A DNA stretch of 64,000 bases, taken from the human T2T-CHM13v2.0 reference genome, Homo sapiens. Under the pieces are notes generated by a model. That model made no database searches. It saw only the letters and a list, made by a program, of their open reading frames with translations, and was not told where the DNA came from. The stretch lies in NCBI RefSeq assembly GCF_009914755.1, contig NC_060926.1; one strand, given 5' to 3'. This document shows, piece after piece, positions 1 to 15,154 of this stretch. Each line of letters starts with the position of its first letter. The first letter of the stretch is position 1. The translations under genes and the position numbers were made by a program.

Positions 1-490
1 CATGTCCCTGCAAAGGACATGCTCTCATGTCCTGCGTAGTATTCCATAGTGTATATGTAACATATTTTCTTTATCCAGTCTATCATTGATGGGCATTTGG
101 GTTGGTTCCAGTCTTTGCTATTGTACTGCAATAAGTAGAATGATTTATATTCCTTTGGGTATATACCCAGTAATGGGATTGCAGGGTCAAATTGTATTTC
201 TGGTTTTAGATACTTGGGGAATCACCATGCTGTCTTCCACAATGATTAAACTAATGTATATCCTCACCAACAGTGTAAAAGCATTCCTATTTCTCCACAG
301 CCTCGCCAGCATCTGTTGTATCCTGACTCTTCTAAATAATCACCATTCTGACTGGCATGAGATGGTCTCTCATTGTGGTTTTGATTTGCATTTCTCTGAT
401 GATCAGTGATGTTGAGCTTGCTTTCATATATTTGTTGGCCAACTTCTTTTGAGAAGTGTCTGTTCATATCCTTTGCCCACTTTTTAATGA
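1..490 (-). mobile_element. L1 (old L1PA/L1PB) 3' ORF2/UTR fragment
   Basis: Minus ORF 264-500 encodes [14 protein letters not shown]...[11 protein letters not shown], the L1 ORF2 C-terminal region. Confidence 0.9.
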
Positions 491-792
491 TATTGCTCAT
501 ATTAACTTTGAAATGACTGAAAATTCAAAATAAAGACAAGAAAGATAAAATTATATTTTTTAAGTTATAGGTATGAAGTATTTTTGAAAGGAAAGAAATC
601 TCTAGATTATATATATATGTATGCATATATATTTATATGTGTGTATATATAATATATATATTGCTTTCAACAAAAAAATTATTAGAGTCAAAATAGTACC
701 ATCTCCAGATGTTTTTATTTAGCTTGGTATCTAAAATCACTTAGGTGACCCATTCCCATATTTGGAGAATTTTTAAAATTTGTTGTCTACAT

Positions 793-995
793 CTGTGATA
801 TTCAGTATAGTAGCCACTAGCTACTTAACTTTTAATCAGTTATAATTAAATGAAATTTAAAATTCAGTTCTTCCAACATACTAGCTACATTTCAAGTGCT
901 CAATAGACGCACTTGGCTAGTGGCTACTTTATTGGACAGGGCAGGTACAGAACATTTCCATTATCACAGAATATTTAACCAGACAGTATTGATCT
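793..995 (-). mobile_element. MER3-like hAT-Charlie DNA transposon relic
   Basis: tagccactag ... ctagtggcta internal palindrome and catttcaagtgctcaatag match remembered MER3 consensus. Confidence 0.7.
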
Positions 996-1000
996 AAATG

Positions 1001-1273
1001 GTTTTTTTTTTCTTTTTTTAACTGGAGTGCAGTGGTGCAATCTCAGCTCACTGAAACCTCTGCCTCCCAAGTTCAAGCAATTTTCTACCTCAGCCTCTGA
1101 AGTAGCTGGGATTATAGGCGCCCACCACCACACCCAGCTAATTTTTAAATTTTTAATAGAGACAGGATTTCACCATCTTGGCCGGGCTGTTCTTGAACTC
1201 CTGACCTCATGATCCACCAGCCTTGGCCTCCCAAAGTGCTGGGATTACAGGCATGAGCCATTGCACCAGGCCA
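1001..1273 (-). mobile_element. Alu (S-type)
   Basis: Poly-T, ctggagtgcagtgg ... cccaaagtgctgggattacaggcatgagcca. Confidence 0.92.
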
Positions 1274-2764
1274 AGTATCTTGTAGAGAAAATTTATATTA
1301 TGATTCAGATTTCCATGTTGCCCATCTTTTTTATTAATCTTATAGACACTTATTGGAGTGCTTATTATGTCTTAAGTGCATGAGAAGTGCAAAGAGTGTA
1401 AAGACAAAAAAGATGTAGCCAAATCAAGGGGTGGAGACAGACATTTAAAACATAATTGCAACCCAACATGAATTCTCCAGGGAGAGGAGAGCAAAGGACA
1501 ATGAAGGCAGAAAGAATCACGCTTGCAAATCCATGAACGGTGTGGTGTGTTTGGGAAACTCTGGGTAATTTATTTAGCCCTAGACAAGTAAAAATAAGGA
1601 CTAGAAAGGTATGCTGAGGCCAGATCTTGAAAGATTTCAAATAACTGCAGTCAGGTTACACTCCATTGAATGAAAACCCAGTTGAAACTGGTTTAAAACA
1701 CAAAGGTGGTGTATTGATGTACAATGGAAAAAATCCAGTACTAGAGTGGTGAGCAGCTGTGATTCAACTAGAACTCTGGCTGCCTTGGTTTTTGAATCTC
1801 TCAACTCTGCCACTTTGTTCTGGTTTTATCTTCATGATGAATAAGATGTTTGCTGTAGCTTCAAGCTTTGCACACATAATATGGCAATCTTTGGATGAAG
1901 AGAGGCTGGCCCTGTTCAAGATTTTCTCCCAAGATTGATGAAACTTGTTTTCTAAAAACCCTCAGCAAATTTCCCTCCCATCGCATCAGCTTAGTTAAGG
2001 TTACCTGTCCATTTCTGGCCAGCCCCTGTGGCCTGAGATTATGCCATGTACTAATTTGTTGAGAAACCTCAGACGTAAGCCAATCACTGTCTAGAATGTA
2101 AGAGTGCATGGAGATCAATCAGCTTTTCTCTGAAGCTGGGGTGAGATTATGTGTTTCTGAGGCAAGGTCGCTACTGGAGAAGGGTGAATACCTGCGTGAT
2201 AATTCAGAACTCATCAAGAGATAGAAGACTGGGTGTTAGGGGGTTAGCATTCTGAGTGGAGCATGGTTTCTGAAGTCAGACCTGAGTTGGTGTCCTTTAT
2301 CCACCACTGCGTGGTGTAACTTTATGTAACTGAGCCTCAGTTTCCAAATGGAGATTATAATGGTCATTGTCTTTCGTACCGTTGTGAGATGTAAAGGGGT
2401 TAACAGGAAAGGCACTTAGAATAGTGCCTGAACCACAGTAAGCACTCAGCAAATACTAGCTTTAAATTCATACTCAAATATGGGAGGGAGTTTGAGCTTT
2501 ATCTTTTAGAGTCTGACATTCCCATTGAAGGTCTTTTGTATCTTGACAGCTAGAAGATTTCCTACTACTTAAATAATAATAAAACATTAGAACTCAAGTG
2601 ATGCTGATGATGACAGGAAATGTGAATTAGTTGAGTAGTTGGGACGGAAATCACATGGCCCGCAAAGCTGAGAATATTATCTGGCCCTTTACAGAAGTTT
2701 GCCAACTCCTGAAATAGAGGACCAGAAAAATGTCTTCTGATATAAAACACCTAAGCATGTTAAA

Positions 2765-3080
<316 letters not shown>

Positions 3081-3741
3081 TTATAAAATAGTTTTAATGC
3101 ATAGCTGAACTTGAGGCAAAATAAGGAAATTCCTAAGTGTCCCGAAATGACAAGAAAGTACACACCTACACACAGAGTGAGAGAAGTTGAACAAGCACAC
3201 ACACAAATATGACAAATGTATATTGAGAGCCAAATATACGTCAGGTACATATTGCTCTGTGCCTGGGGAGCAGGGGCAATAAGGTAGAAAACAAAACAGA
3301 CATGGGATTAACCTCATAGATCTTAAAGTCCAGTGAGGTAGGCAACTTCTATAAGAAATAAGTGTATATTAAATATTTTGAAAAGTACTGTGAAGAAAAA
3401 GAGCAAGACGCTTTGAAAGAGAGTAACAAGTGACACCTGCTTTAGGATTAGGTGCCTTGAAAAGGACTCCAGAAATAGTGCCACTGGAACTCAGGAGGAG
3501 TTAATGTGTTCACGGAAATGGGAGAGAGCATTTCTTTTAGGTAGATGCCTAGGCTCTGCCAACTTTGCTTGATTCTATCTGACTCTATTAGACAAGTTAT
3601 AGAAGTATAATAATGCCTTTGCTACAAAACCAGAAATGGATAAATACTTAAGAAATTTTCACATCTCATCAAATGTGCGTTTTGATGCTATAGTAATTGT
3701 TCCAATTTAAAACATTCATTTTTACATATTTTCTTCTTTCC

Positions 3742-4056
3742 TTTTTTTTTTTTTTTTTGAGACCTGTTCTTACTCCGGTTCCCAGATTGGAGTGCAGTTC
3801 TCAATCAGCTCACTGTAACCTCAAATTCTTGGGTTCAAGGGATTCTCTTGTCTCAGCCTCCTGAGTTGCTGGGAATATAGGCATACACAGCCACAGCTGG
3901 CTAGTTTTCATATTTTTTGTAGAGATGGGGTCTCACAAAGATGGGGTCTCACCAGCATCTTGCTGATGCTGGTCTTGAACTTGTGGTCTCAAGCAATCCT
4001 TCTGCCTCAGCCTCTTAAAAGTGCTAGGATTACAAGTGTGAGCCACCACACCTGGT
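3742..4056 (-). mobile_element. Alu (J-like)
   Basis: T-tail and diverged Alu dimer ending gtgagccaccacacctgg. Confidence 0.88.
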
Positions 4057-4139
4057 TTATACATATTTCAATAGTTTTAATATAACAGCAAAGTCCATTT
4101 GAGGCAGAGGACAGACTTTTTTAAAAAAATTATAGTAAC

Positions 4140-4425
4140 ATCTGTCTTGCTCTTACCACCAAGGCTGGAAGGCAGTGCATGACCATGGTTCACTGCAGCC
4201 TCAACCTCCTGGGCTCATGTGATCCTCCTACTTCAGCCTCCCAAGTAGCTGGGACCACAGGTGTGTGACACCATGCCCGGCTAATTTTTTTTTTTTTTTT
4301 TTTTTGTAGACATGGTGGTCTCACTACATTGTACAGGCTAGTCTTGAACTCCTGGTTTTAAGCAATTTTCTGGTCTCAGCCTCACAAAGTGCTGGGATTA
4401 CAAGTATGAGCCACCACACCTGGCT
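4140..4425 (-). mobile_element. Alu (J-like)
   Basis: cactgcagcctcaacctcctgggctca ... gagccaccacacctggc. Confidence 0.88.
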
Positions 4426-4915
4426 AGAGAACAGACTTTTAATAACAAAAGAAAAGTCCTTTTTATTCTAAGGTTGACTTTAGGAGCTTGTTTAAAGGCG
4501 GGTAGATGAGACTGCTTACAGAAAAAGCTAGCTTTGTGTGCTGAACTTGATACTGTTAGAGGTTTCTTGAAAGATCTGGGAAAAAAGGTTTAAAATTGCA
4601 ACTGGAAGATGTTTGCTAGGCTAGAAATGGAGAGTTCTAAGCACTCAGGAATTCAGCAAATGGCTGCTGGTTAGGTTTTTGTTTTTATTTTTTGGGTTTA
4701 AGATACCCTCAAACTCTAGTTATTTCTGAATTGAAGATGACCAATTGATGGGTATGTTTGTATTAGTAAAATCAAAAGCTTATTAATTTATATTTCACAT
4801 TAACAAAACCCATAAAGAAATTATACTTTGCCTTTGTAACCCATATGTCAGCTTGGATATCCCTGCCCTTTAATAAAATGTAATTAATGAATTCCCCAAG
4901 AACTGTTGAGGATTC

Positions 4916-5057
4916 TCAGGTGGCTAATTGTTCATGGTCATCTCTGCTGTTGCTGGGGATGGATCAGTTTTGTTTATGAATCATTTTCATTTCACATAGA
5001 CTCCATAACAAGTCGATCCAGACCAGGTAAAGGCCTCGTTCTTCATTTGTCATAAAT
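4916..5057 (-). pseudogene. Candidate last exon of a decayed PTEN/TPTE-like gene (C2 domain end)
   Basis: After a pyrimidine tract (AG apparently lost) reads FMTNEERGLYLVWIDLLWSLCEMKMIHKQN*SIPSNS, resembling PTEN [29 protein letters not shown]. By-eye match only. Confidence 0.35.
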
Positions 5058-7035
5058 TTAAGATCAAACAACAAAAAGAGAAAACACGTGCCTAGGCCTG
5101 CCTAACACTTATAGGACCTGCTTTTACCTACCACACATGGACACCCAATCTTACAATGGGTCATCCTCTACCTTGTTAACTGAAGTTTTCTGTGTTTATT
5201 TTTTTCATCTTTTAAATCTTCCATTTACTGTAATTTAGGAGAAAATGAGGTCACTGAGTTAATTCATTTTGCTGAGTTTAGTACACAAATTCTAGGCAAC
5301 ATTTCACAGACCTGGGTCTTTCATGGTGTAATAAATGTGGGCTTTTGCAAACTGTTTTCCTCTTTTTGGTCTCACAGCTATGTTTTGGATGATTAAAGTT
5401 GCTAAAGGTCTAAACACTTACTAATAGGTTTTGTTCTTACATCTGCACTGGGTGGTAGCATAGGGCAGTAGAAAGAACACTGAATCTCTAGATACTACCG
5501 TCTCCTCAATCAGAGAAGTAGAGCTTGGTTGAGAGACCATAGCCTAGTTAGCTAACCCATATGAGTCTTGTTTTTAGTATGCGTAAAGTGGATCTGATAA
5601 TAATAGCTATTTCACGGGGATTTGCAAAAATCAAATGTAATCCTATGTATAAAATAATGTCTCATATTGTGCAATATAAATATTAGTTTTGTTATCAGTA
5701 ACCTCTCATTTCTTTTACCCAGGTATGTTCTTTTGTTCACTATCCCTAAGAAAGACTCTACATTGCCTGTATCAGTTTCACACTCTTATCAAGGATGTAT
5801 ACATTCCTACATTTTCTTTTCTACAGTTAGTCATTTCATTAGAAAGAATTTTAAGTATTCACATTTATATTATAACACTTAATTTGAAAAAAGCTTTTTG
5901 CAAGAAAGGAGAGTATAATCAGAAATTCATCTATAAAGTCCTAGGTTTCAGCAGCCTGTGCCACATGTGTTCACAGTCACTCTCCATTCTGCATGAGTTG
6001 TACTAATGTGGGAGCTGAAGGAGATAAACCCCCCAAATCAGTAGCTTAATACAAATGAAATGTGATTGTCAATCACAGTAGTTCTAACTGGTAGAAGGCA
6101 TTGCACTCCACAGTCACTCAAGGATCCATGCTGATGGAAGGTTGCCATCTTCTGCACATGGCTTCTAAGTCATCCAACTCTCTGGATGACAATATCCAGC
6201 TGCCAATGGAGTAAAAGGGGCACTGACATCATGTGGAAGGATTTTATGGTCCAGGTCCAGCAGTGCCCATCACATCTGCCCATATTCCACCCTCAGAAGT
6301 GTCACTGGGCTACATCTAAGTACAAGGATGGCTGGAAAATACATAGCTGTGTGCCCGGGAAGAAAGGAAAATAGGATTGTTGAACAACTAATGAGGTTCT
6401 GCCATGGCCTTCTTTTTAGGTCACCAGATGTCTGCCTTCCTGTCTTTCCCACACATACAAGACACTCATTCCTACCCGAGGGTCTCATACCATTATTGCA
6501 TCCAGTTCAAAGTCCAAGGTCCAAAGTCCAAAGGGGAATAGACTGTACTCTGTATCAGATTCTGATATGTAAGCTTCTGGTTTGGCATTCTTGAATAAAA
6601 AGGCCAATTTTCTGCCTCCCAGGTAGAGGTAAAAATATCTCTGTTCTACCTCTTGTCATGGTAGAACAGTGAAAAGACCACCATAATTGAAGAAAAAAAT
6701 AAAATTAAATAAATAAACCTGCTATGCAAGAAAGAAGACAGACAGGCAAGCAGCAGTCCCTAGAGTATAACCATAAGGAAATCCAGAGTAGCAAGTAGTG
6801 AGAAGCTCCCTACACAGGGCATGGGGAAATTCCTTAAATAGCCCCTGAATCTACTCTCTGGGAGGAACCCTCTTTTCCGTCATTTTTGGTGGTGGCTGCA
6901 TCCTCTGGAAGGTTCTTATTTCTTATTCCCTGGCTGTCACCTCTGAACTGGCTGTTAAGGAGTGTGCTTTTCTTGAGGTCTTTGGCTTTATAACTCATTC
7001 TGCAAGAGTAAAGGTGAAAACCAATGAGTGTTGTA

Positions 7036-7526
7036 TGCCGATCTGTCCTGCAGACTCTGGCCAAGTGATGAATGAAAGGAGTTTGCTGACACAGGTATTT
7101 TTCCTGACAGTGCGGCTAGGGGACTGCACCACTCAGTGCTGCTGATGAGAGAGTGCAGCAGCCGAAAGGAGTGCAGCCCCCCTAAGCTGGCCCCGCTTGC
7201 ATTTATTTAGTACAGATTTAATGACAAGGGCTTGGAGCAAACACAATTTGTGGGTAATTAACATTGTCAACTCCCCGAGTAGAGAGCAGTCCTGCACATG
7301 AATGATCAAAGCATGGTTTCCAGAGATATAAGTAGAACAATTTACCTAGATAAGTTTCTTTACATTCCGTTGTTATCTAACCCTTGCTCTTAAGAGAATT
7401 TAACTGCCTTCAGCTAAATTCTCTTTTGAAGCTTTTGCAAAATCTCCCATTCTTCCAAGAAGGTTTGTGTCTTTCCCTATAACCTTTTCTTACAACTTTT
7501 CCCACCACCCTGACCAAACTCCTACA
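7036..7526 (-). mobile_element. Solo LTR, LTR22-like (HML-5/HERVK22)
   Basis: TG...CA termini, 6-bp TSD gttgta (7030-7035)/gtttta (7527-7532); minus strand begins tgtaggagtttggtcagggtggtgggaaaa. Confidence 0.8.
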
Positions 7527-8175
7527 GTTTTAGGTTTAAGGTCAGCCATTTGCTGGCTCTGGGGCTGTGGAAGAAAAACTAAATCCCTCAGTTCATGCAC
7601 ACAGTGTGACAGCTTGGCATAAGTAAAAGACATGAACAAAAGGATTAATGAAGGAGTGAAAGAAGGAAGGAGTATGCATTAGGCACAACCATCTAAAAAC
7701 TAAAAAAAACTGGAATGCATTAAACTCATTCATTCAACAAGTATTGGTTGAGTGCCTACTAAGTGTCAAGTGCTGGGCCCGATGTGGGGGATACAGTGGA
7801 GGATACAGTGGCAACACATGGAAAGTAAAGGCAGTGAAAAGGCCATGGATTTAAAAATTAAAGGAAAAAAAGAGGTAATACATTTGTTATTGGTTTTAGC
7901 AAATCCAAAAAATGTGAGAAAATAGTGCAGTGTGTGCCAAATCTACAACTCTTTCACCCTCACTGAGTCTCAAATTAAGAATGCACAAAAGCAGAATTAC
8001 TAGGAAATCAAAAGTTTTATGGGTGTATTCCCTTAAGTAATAGCACTATACTGCAAAATTGGTGGAGGTCGCCTGCACATTTGAAATAACCAACCTGCAC
8101 CTTTACCCCCTCCCCCAGATTCTAACCAAATAAAGTATGAAATAAGGCAGAACTCGCCATGCTACACCAACTTAC

Positions 8176-8399
8176 CAGGAATGAAGTTGATGCTGATTGG
8201 AAAAGTGTCAAGCAATAAAGAAGAGTTTGGATTTATCTTAAACATTATCTTCATGTCACTTGAGACTTTAATCTCAGCCAAATCTACTTCCAAAACCAAT
8301 TTCTTGTGCAATGATCTTGTCTGGGTCCAGGCCAAGGCTTACTTCTATTGCATAGCTACTCTCACCCTTCTCGATTTTTACTCTGAAGAACTTTCCTAT
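8176..8399 (-). pseudogene. Candidate exon of a decayed PTEN-like gene (C2 domain)
   Basis: Bounded by cag| and |gtaagt; 3' part reads TRSLHKKLVLEVDLAEIKVSSDMKIMFKINPNSSLLLDTFPISINFIP(G) versus PTEN [51 protein letters not shown]. Confidence 0.55.
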
Positions 8400-11300
8400 C
8401 TGGGTTAGAGTTTCTTCTGCTAGGCATCAGATTCTGCAAATATTTATTATCTCATGTTAATCAAGACCCCCTCTAGATTCTGCTATTTAACTTTAACTAT
8501 TTTGACATAAACAGAGTGATTTAAAGGCAGTTGTAACTTGTTTCTAAGTAGGGCCTGGTATAGCTTTTAAGCAATGTATCTCTCCAGTCACACACAATAA
8601 TGAATGGATTCTAACTTACCCTAAGTACTACCATGTTCCTGAAGGTAAATAAACCATGTCAGCTCTGTGAGGCTTAGGAATTTTTCTTTAAAACGTAGTA
8701 ACCAAAAATGTTACCAGTTTTCCTTTGATTACTACTATATTGCCCAAGAAGTGTGATCAAAAGACATCTGTTTTATGTATCAAAATTCATACATCTGCTT
8801 CATTCACTTCCTTTTATGGTATCACCTCTGACTTCCAGTTTCCCTATTGTCAGAGAGAAACAATTAAATGGGAGATGCTTTGGACAACAGGATTTTTAAA
8901 AATCCAGTGGCCACAGAGAGTTGGAACTGAAGAATCAGAAGAGAGGATTAATTTTCTTTCCTCTTACCAAGTTTCTTAAGTATTTTCAGAACTCTTAAAG
9001 GGACCTATCAATAGCAGGGAAAGTGTCTGAATTAATGGCAGGATTCTTGAGGACTTTCTCACAAAGATAATTAAGGTGGCACTCTAAGAAAACTACCAAA
9101 GACATCACAAATAATGTATAGATATTTTTATTGTAGCATTACTTATGGTAAACTTGGATCCAATTTGAATGTTCCACAATAGAGGAATGATTCATTCAAC
9201 AACAATACATACAAGTGTTAGAAAAGTATTCAGGCATTAAAAATCATGTTTTATCAAATAGTAAATGACACAAAAAGGCTTGTAATATATTCAATGCAAA
9301 ACCATATTCAGTATAATCTCAACTCTTAGCCCTAAATGTTCATATGATCTTGGATTAATATTTTTTTTTTACATTTTCAAATTTTCAAATTAGAAGTGTG
9401 ATTATTCTACTTCTATGGTGTGGAAACAATTACCCTCTGAAAAAGTGAAAAAGTAAGAACAGTCATCTTCTACTTTCCACATTTTCCAAATACAATGAAC
9501 ACATTACACGTTTACAGTGGAAGAAAAGAAACACCTATCTTTTAAAATAGTAAATAAATCAGAATAAGAAATTCATCATGAATTTACAAAATTATGTCAT
9601 CAAGTATAAGTTCAGTTCATGTTTAGTTTTGAAACTGTTTATCAAAATTAAACAGTTTGACTTATTTTTATTAGAAATACGATTCTAAGTATTCAACATT
9701 GCTTTTTAAAAAATTATCTTCTAGTTTTTCACAAAATCTGAGGAGCTGCTACGGAAATCACACCAGATCTCATGTGTTTAAATGTGAACATGCTCACCAC
9801 AGACCAAGGACATTCAACCTTTCAATCCCCAGGATTTCCAAGCCAGGGGTTTCATCTCTTACTTATGGAAAATTTGTCCATTTAATTGTGAATCAATCAG
9901 CTTTTCATTGTGTCAAAATCAAATCTAGATAGTGAAATTGGTATTTTATCTTTATTGTTATCTTAAATATATCTTGGCTTAAAGAGACATAAGTGGCTCT
10001 TCCCCACTATACCAGATAATGAGTTGCAAATAAATCATTCAGTAGTAAAGTTCAAAGAAAGCTTGAAAGCATTTTGAATTTCCTAGTGTCTTACAGATTT
10101 GTTTCTTTTTACAACAACCATGTCCCATGTATATCTATTTAGGACCTTAAGTTGTTAATAATCTACTCTGAATAATTCCTTAAGAAAACATTAAGAGGAC
10201 AATGTCTATACCTGGGAAATAAAACCCAAAGTAGTAGAAATTGTATTAAAAATCATGTAGTTAATTAAGAATGATTGTGAGCTTAGACACTGAAAAATGT
10301 GTCACTGAAAGAATACCAAAAATGGTCAGCCTTTTCCTGTTAAGTTATATTAAGGTATATATTATAAGCACTTAGTACGTAAGAGAAGAGTTAGAATGAG
10401 ATTGTACCAGGTTCAGAATTCCTTATCTGAGAAGACCAGACAAAATTCAAGGTTTTTAGAGAGGGACTACCCTGAATGATGTCACCAGTAAGTGGGTTTA
10501 TAAACAAAGACAGAGCTTGGCAGGTTGCACTGGATACTTCAAACCAGTTTCTCTGGAAAAATTTGAGTTACTCAATAAACCCTCAGTTTTCCTGAGGTAA
10601 ATCAACTTTGAAATACAATGGAGAACTCTGGGTGATAAATCATGCTGGGTTACACACTGGGACTGCAGTTCACAGAACATGATTAGATTTAAGACAATAG
10701 AAGATAGGAACATTTTTTGAACTAGTTTATTGAATCCTTTTGAGAATATCACTGTTTGGCAGTTCCTAGAAAGCTTAGACAAACTAATCTTCAAGAGGCA
10801 AACAAATTAACTTTGAACTAAAAAAAAAAAAACAAACAACCAAAAACTTTGAATTAGAGAACATCTGCAAAGAAAAGCCCAACAATCTGACATGTTGATT
10901 ATTACTTTTTAACACTGCAGGAATACAAAGATGATTTTACTGTTCAGACCTTTACACATCGCACAACAGAAAAATCCTTCAGTTGACTAGTTTCCATAAA
11001 CTTTGTAGCGTTATGGCAAAACGAGTCATCTGTGAAATACACAAATGTTTTGTACTGAGGGATATTTTCACATAACACAGGAGATGATACACTTAAATTT
11101 AGACCCCCTCAATCTCATCGTCATGCTGATTATACTGTAAGCAGTGATTGGGGTGCACACATTGCATGTTTTGAAGGTATGGATGTGGCAATTCTAACGT
11201 ATCAACATTGTTTCTGAAAAGCTAAGGTTTTGTTATTGAACTACTATTAGAAGTCGAATGTGATCCTCTTCCAATGTCTGGCGTTGCCTTCCTGTGGAAT

Positions 11301-14300
11301 TAACACTCTGTGTGATTTAGAGTACGTGTCCCGACTTTCTCAATGCTCATAAATACCTTGTCTGTAGGAAACTTTCTTTAAGGGAAAAGCAGCTTTAGCC
11401 TGTCTCCAGTACATGGCCCTGACTTGCTTATACATGTAATCTATTATGAAGGAAAAAGAGCCATCCTCACAAATCTACAAGATTAAAACTCCTAGCACAA
11501 ACACAGCTTGAATCAGTGCTTCTGTAGCTTGTTTCAGCAAAGGGACCATCGCCAGCACTGTGGCTACAACATATGCCTTGCCATCAGATACAAGAGTTAG
11601 GCTTCATATCCACGTCCTGTGCAATAAAAAAGCTTTAAATCTGAATGGAACATCTGTAGAATTAGCTCACAGACAACTCAGAAGCAGGAACACTTTGGTC
11701 TGTGTTCAAGTAAAATGAAGGTTGAAATTTCTTTATGCAGCAGCAGAAGTAGGATTCTGTATCTCTCTTTGGAGTCAAGTTGGTCTTTGAAAGAAAACCA
11801 ATTTGCTTTTAAGAGGTTCTAATCTAGTAGGATACCAGATGATGGCAAGTGTGTTTAAACCAAGTATAGACTAAGGGACTGGTACACTGAAAAACTACCT
11901 TCTGTTTCAGCAGAGGGTAATCAGGGTGTCAGCAATGCTGTTGTTACTACTAAGGTCACCAAGGACCTAGACCAAGAAGTTCCATCCAGCAACACCTTAT
12001 TACAGTGTACAGAGGTCAACAGTAAGAGGTAAAAGAAAAAGATAACCTTTTATCAGACTTTTACATTACATTGCTAATTTTTATTACAGAATATTTTTCA
12101 TTCTTTTATTTTGATCCACTGATATTTATTTCTGATTCTGACTCTGCCTACTGTTATTCACCCTACTTGTTAATTCTAATCTATTCTTTTTATTTGTAAA
12201 AGCATAACTTTTCTGAGGCATAGTTGTGTGTGTATATGTGTATTTAACCTATTCTAGAAACATTAAATTAGAAGAGATAGAGATTACAGATTATAATAGC
12301 ATGTAAAGAGTTTCATACAGTTAATACCTGAGAGTCTGCACAGTGGGGAACTCTGAAGTAATATGTAAGGTGTCAAGAACAAGCAGGTCAGGACTGTGGC
12401 ACTCAAAGGGCAGGTAACTAGCTTTTCAGTAACATTTTTAAGTAACAGTTTCACAGATCCTCAGAGAATGCCAGGCAGTAAAGGACGCATCTCAAAATCC
12501 ATACAGCAGATTTCTGGTTTCCAAATTTCTGGGAGATAGTACTTAATACGGTATTTAAAACTCTGCAATTGCTATGGAAGAGACATTCTGGAGAGTTACG
12601 TATTATCCAAAAATAAATTTTTCAGAAGCAGGAAATTTTAAAATGAGAAACCAACCAAAAAAGAATGGCCAACCTTTTAAACCTTTTTTTTTTCCATTAA
12701 TAAGGAGCTACATAGTCTGCTGGTGAAGAACTTGATAGAAATTGACTGTTTTCACTTAGTGGGCTGATCCCCTTGTATCTGTGTCAGATAAAATCATAGC
12801 ACTTATTATTTGTTACCATGGATACCATGAAGATACTGCCATCCACTAAATAGTAGTAGAGGAAGACAACATAATTTTCTGGAACTAGTCCCGTTTTGCC
12901 TTCATAAGTTGCCTTTAACCATCCTGGTTCCACTGATGGGTCCACGCTGGAAAATATCGCTCCTTGTGGGAAGGAAAACTCATGCTGTGCTCTGCTTTAC
13001 AGGAGTACATGGCTTTGGCTTGGTGCCCAGAAGAAACTGGCTTAGGTGAACCAACATTTTCAAACAGTTGAGCTTTTGCTGCCACTACTGAGCCAGTACG
13101 CTGATAGCTATTGCTTGCAGTGGTGTCTAGTCTTAACCTCCTGCACATTTTTGGAGGCAGGTCTGGGTTTGAAGCTTTGGGTGTCTTCTTGGAACCTACA
13201 GAAGTTAAGCTTTGAATAGATCCACTGTAGCTGGTGTTTCCTTCAGCTGCAGAGATGGATCTGAGAGAAGAAGCAGAAGCTCTTTTCAGTCCTGAAAGTC
13301 CATAAGGCCCTTTCTTGACTAGGTCTATGGGTGGGGGAACATCCCCTGGGCTAGTGACCGAAGCAGCACTCTGGCAATCTGATTCTGCATCTGTCTTGGT
13401 TGCATCTTCTCTAGAACTTGATTCAGGACTGGTTGTCCAGAGACCAAGGCTTTTCTGTCCATGGGAAGATGAAAGGGTTGCAATCCAAGGAATCCCTCCA
13501 GATTTCTCCCTGGGCTGGCAGGAAGCTGACTTTGTAGTGCTATTTTGTTCCGAGGAAAGAGAAGAGAGTGACTTGATGCTCCCCATGGGGGTGCTGTCTG
13601 GGCTGCTGCTATAGGAGTCACTGTCAGGTTCAGCCAGGTATGGAGTACACGTCCCTCTGGGCTTCCTAGAGCCTGTAGAGAGGCAGATTGCTCGTGTCCT
13701 TTGGGATCCAGATCGAGACTGAGGCTGAGGAAGAGGAATGCTTGGGTCTGGAGCAGTATGAAAAATCGTTTCATCGTGCTCTGTAAGAATTTCTAACACA
13801 ATATTCTGAAATTTAATATTCACCATAGCAGCTACAGTTTATTCTTGTGCTCTCATTAGAGTTGGGAGAAATATGACACCAAGATTTGAGACAGTCATGA
13901 GATTTTGTTGGCTGCGCAGTGATACTTTGACCAGATGTTTTATTAAGATGTCCAGCATCTCTCTGTTTTTCTCTGGCAATTTGCACACCAATGCATGTAC
14001 AGCCTCCACCCTGTAGTTTTGGTCATCAGATTTAACAGCAATGATACAAATCTTTGTGTAACTTGTAAGTCATCAGTGGTGCTGCAAAGCACCTGAGGTA
14101 GTTTTTCAGCCCACTCATTGTCTTATTGTCCCACAGTTCAATATCAATATCAGGAGGGGATTTAGGAGAAAATATGATATTCACAAGTTTTTGAACTTTG
14201 GAGTTCACTCCTCCTATTCAGTAGAGGCCTAAAACGGTGATACCGCTTGTTTCCACAGCTTGAATGCAGTTTCTCACAAAATTGAACCCTGCTTCATTCA

Positions 14301-14845
14301 AATACCTTTCTTCTTTCTTGCTTATAATGTCAGGCAGAGTATAAATCATTTCCTTCCCATCCATGGCTTCAAGCCAGAGTTTCCTATTAGCGTCTGAGAA
14401 GGCCTGTAATGTGATGATCCCATGCCTTTCAACTACTTGTATGTCGAAGCAGAAGTGGTTGTCAATTGAATCTGTCTTTCGTCGGATACAAGTTTTTGAA
14501 CATTTCCGGTGAGCTAGTAACAAGGCTGTTTAATCCATGTAAAACCAAGCGGTCGTTTCTCCTGGACATACGGATAGCCTTCCATCGTCCACTGGCTGGG
14601 TGGTCTGTAGTCCTGGTTGGCAGATTTCATCCTCTGCATCAACCCCTCTACCTCTTGTCGAGTACTTTCAAAATTATTCCTTGTATTCTGCAAGTTGAAC
14701 TGCAGCTGTTGCTTATGCGGTGCAAATTCCTGGGCAAGTTCATATCCCTCGTGGTAAAAAAGTAAATAAACCCTGAAGAAATGACAAAAGCGGTTCAACA
14801 AATTCAAACTTTTTTTCTTGAACCGCTTGAATTTTAAAGACATAT

Positions 14846-15154
<309 letters not shown>

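Noticed and set aside
12915-13826. 303-aa ORF
   Set aside because: Internal fragment of the ARHGAP42 pseudogene, GTG start, frameshifted in the SH3 domain.
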